Assembly: GCA_015064295.1 (NCBI GenBank)
Contig: SVSM01000002.1
Location: 5,872 to 69,871, forward strand
From: Oscillospiraceae bacterium
Lineage (GTDB): Bacteria; Bacillota; Clostridia; Oscillospirales; CAG-272
DNA: 64,000 bases
Direction: 5' to 3'
Below, one piece after another: positions 62,567 through 64,000 of the stretch. Made by a program: the position numbers and the translations under genes. Each line of letters starts with the position of its first letter. Positions within the stretch are counted from its first letter, which is position 1. The notes below the pieces were generated by a model. It was not told the DNA's origin, ran no database searches, and saw nothing but the letters and a program-made list of their open reading frames with translations.

Positions 62567-64000
62567 TTATGCCTGGGGCTTATAGCTGTCCTTCAGGGTT
62601 ACGGTACGGATGAAGGTGCCGGGGTTCTTTCCGTCGGGGGTAAAGTAGCCGGTACGGACGAACTGGAAGCGGTCGCCGGCCTTGGCGTCGGCAAGACATT
62701 TTTCCAGCTTGGCGTTTTTCAGGACCTTCTTGGACTCGGGATTCAGATAGTCGGTGTACTCCTTGTCCTTGGGCAGCTTGGAGGGATCCTCCAGCGTCAG
62801 GAGCTTGTCGTACAGGACCACCTCGGCGTCGTAGGCGTTATCGGTCGACAGCCAGTGGATGGTGCCCTTGATCTTGCGGCCGTCCACGGGATTGCCGTTT
62901 CCGGTCTCCAGATCGGCGGTGACGTGGATCTCCTTCACCGAGCCGTCCTCGTTCTTCACGATCTCACCGCACTTGATGATATAGGCGCCCATGAGACGCA
63001 CCTCGCCCTCGGGCTTCAGACGGAAGAACTTGGGCGGGGGAACCTCGGCAAAGTCCTCGGCGTCGATATATAGCTCGCGGGAGAAGGTAACGGTGCGGGT
63101 TCCCATTTCGGGATGCTGGGGGTGGTTGGGGAGCTCGAAGGTCTCTACCTTATCCTCGGGATAGTTGTCGACGATGACCTTGATGGGGTCAAGGACGGCC
63201 ACGCGGCGGGTGGCGGTCTCGTTCAGCTCGTCGCGGATGCAGGCCTCAAGCAAACGAATGTCCACCAGGCTGTCGGATTTTGCCACGCCGATGCGGGAGC
63301 AGAAATCCACGATGGAGGCGCCGGTATAGCCCCGGCGGCGCATACCGCAGAGGGTAGGCATACGGGGATCGTCCCAGCCGTCCACCATGCCGCTCTCCAC
63401 AAGACCGCGAAGGAATCGCTTGGACAGCACGGTATAGGTGATGTTCAGTCGGGCAAATTCGATCTGACGGGGCTTATGGGGGACGCTGACGTGCTCGATC
63501 ACCCAGTTATAGAGGGGACGGTGGATCTCAAATTCCAGCGAGCAGAGGGAATGGGTAATACCCTCCAGGGCGTCCTGAATGGGATGGGCAAAATCGTAGG
63601 TGGGGTAGATGCACCACTTGTCGCCGTAGCGGTGGTGAGGCATATGCTTGATGCGGTAGAGCACGGGGTCCCGCATCCAGAAGTTACCGGATGCCAGGTC
63701 GATCTTGGCGCGGAGGGTGTAGCGGCCGTTCTCAAATTCGCCGTTCTTCATGCGCTCGAAGAGCTCCAGGCTCTCCTCAATAGGGCGGTCACGCCAGGGA
63801 GAGCGGGCGGGATGAGTCAGATCCCCGCGGTATTCCTCCATCTGCTCGGCGGTCAGCTCACAGACGTAGGCAAGCCCCTTCTTGATCAGCTCTACGGCGA
63901 ACTCGTAATCCTTATCGAAATAGTCGGAGCCGTAGAAGAAGCGGTCCTCCCAGTCGAAGCCCAGCCAATGGATGTCCTCCTTGATGGCGTCGACGTATTC
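62567..64000 (-). CDS. glnS: Glutamine--tRNA ligase, 5' end outside the window
   Basis: YPTYDFAHPIQDALEGITHSLCSLEF... The frame stays open upstream of the track's first Met to the window edge (...EYVDAIKEDIHWLGFDWE...). Confidence 0.92.
   Translation of the reverse strand, partial: EYVDAIKEDIHWLGFDWEDRFFYGSDYFDKDYEFAVELIKKGLAYVCELTAEQMEEYRGDLTHPARSPWRDRPIEESLELFERMKNGEFENGRYTLRAKIDLASGNFWMRDPVLYRIKHMPHHRYGDKWCIYPTYDFAHPIQDALEGITHSLCSLEFEIHRPLYNWVIEHVSVPHKPRQIEFARLNITYTVLSKRFLRGLVESGMVDGWDDPRMPTLCGMRRRGYTGASIVDFCSRIGVAKSDSLVDIRLLEACIRDELNETATRRVAVLDPIKVIVDNYPEDKVETFELPNHPQHPEMGTRTVTFSRELYIDAEDFAEVPPPKFFRLKPEGEVRLMGAYIIKCGEIVKNEDGSVKEIHVTADLETGNGNPVDGRKIKGTIHWLSTDNAYDAEVVLYDKLLTLEDPSKLPKDKEYTDYLNPESKKVLKNAKLEKCLADAKAGDRFQFVRTGYFTPDGKNPGTFIRTVTLKDSYKPQA

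Noticed and set aside
53578-64000. A skin-like intervening element immediately downstream of the truncated sigG.
   Set aside because: The downstream 10 kb encode ordinary genes of host-like composition (aldolase, DUF3810, pseudouridine synthase, surface proteins, metal operon, glnS). I saw no recombinase or phage genes there. An element cannot be excluded beyond the window.

Overview
The window looks like high-G+C Firmicutes (Clostridia) chromosome; I infer an Oscillospirales-like spore former from gene content only. Almost all of it is densely packed core genes. These include sporulation genes (spoIVB, abrB, spmAB), four aminoacyl-tRNA synthetases (metG, ileS, proS, glnS) and a division block (divIVA-yggT-sepF-yggS). 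There are also tRNA and rRNA modification genes, murD, dapA, an arsR-HMA-P-type ATPase metal operon, and surface proteins. The ORF track has a blind spot. A giant minus-strand gene fills 1-6284 but is not listed because its stop codon lies outside the window. My own translation shows a cyclic beta-1,2-glucan synthase-like GT84+GH94 protein. The one clearly accessory segment is an AT-rich islet of about 1.2 kb (about 9490-10690) between spoIVB and abrB. It carries a 307-aa retron-type reverse transcriptase, a consensus-like promoter and about 200 nt of nested hairpins that look like msr/msd. It has no cis-encoded effector, and it is my top candidate for something new. Other points worth a second look: a 17-bp tandem array filling the divIVA-ileS spacer; a roughly 105-bp three-hairpin repeat family with compensatory changes; an unusually hairpin-rich metG leader; two truncated sigma-factor genes (a sigG-like N-terminal half and an ECF-like 5' stub fused in frame to a serpin lipoprotein); an SPFH/zinc-ribbon/TPM operon; and a DUF1538 permease with two PII-like proteins. 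I saw no rRNA, tRNA or CRISPR.
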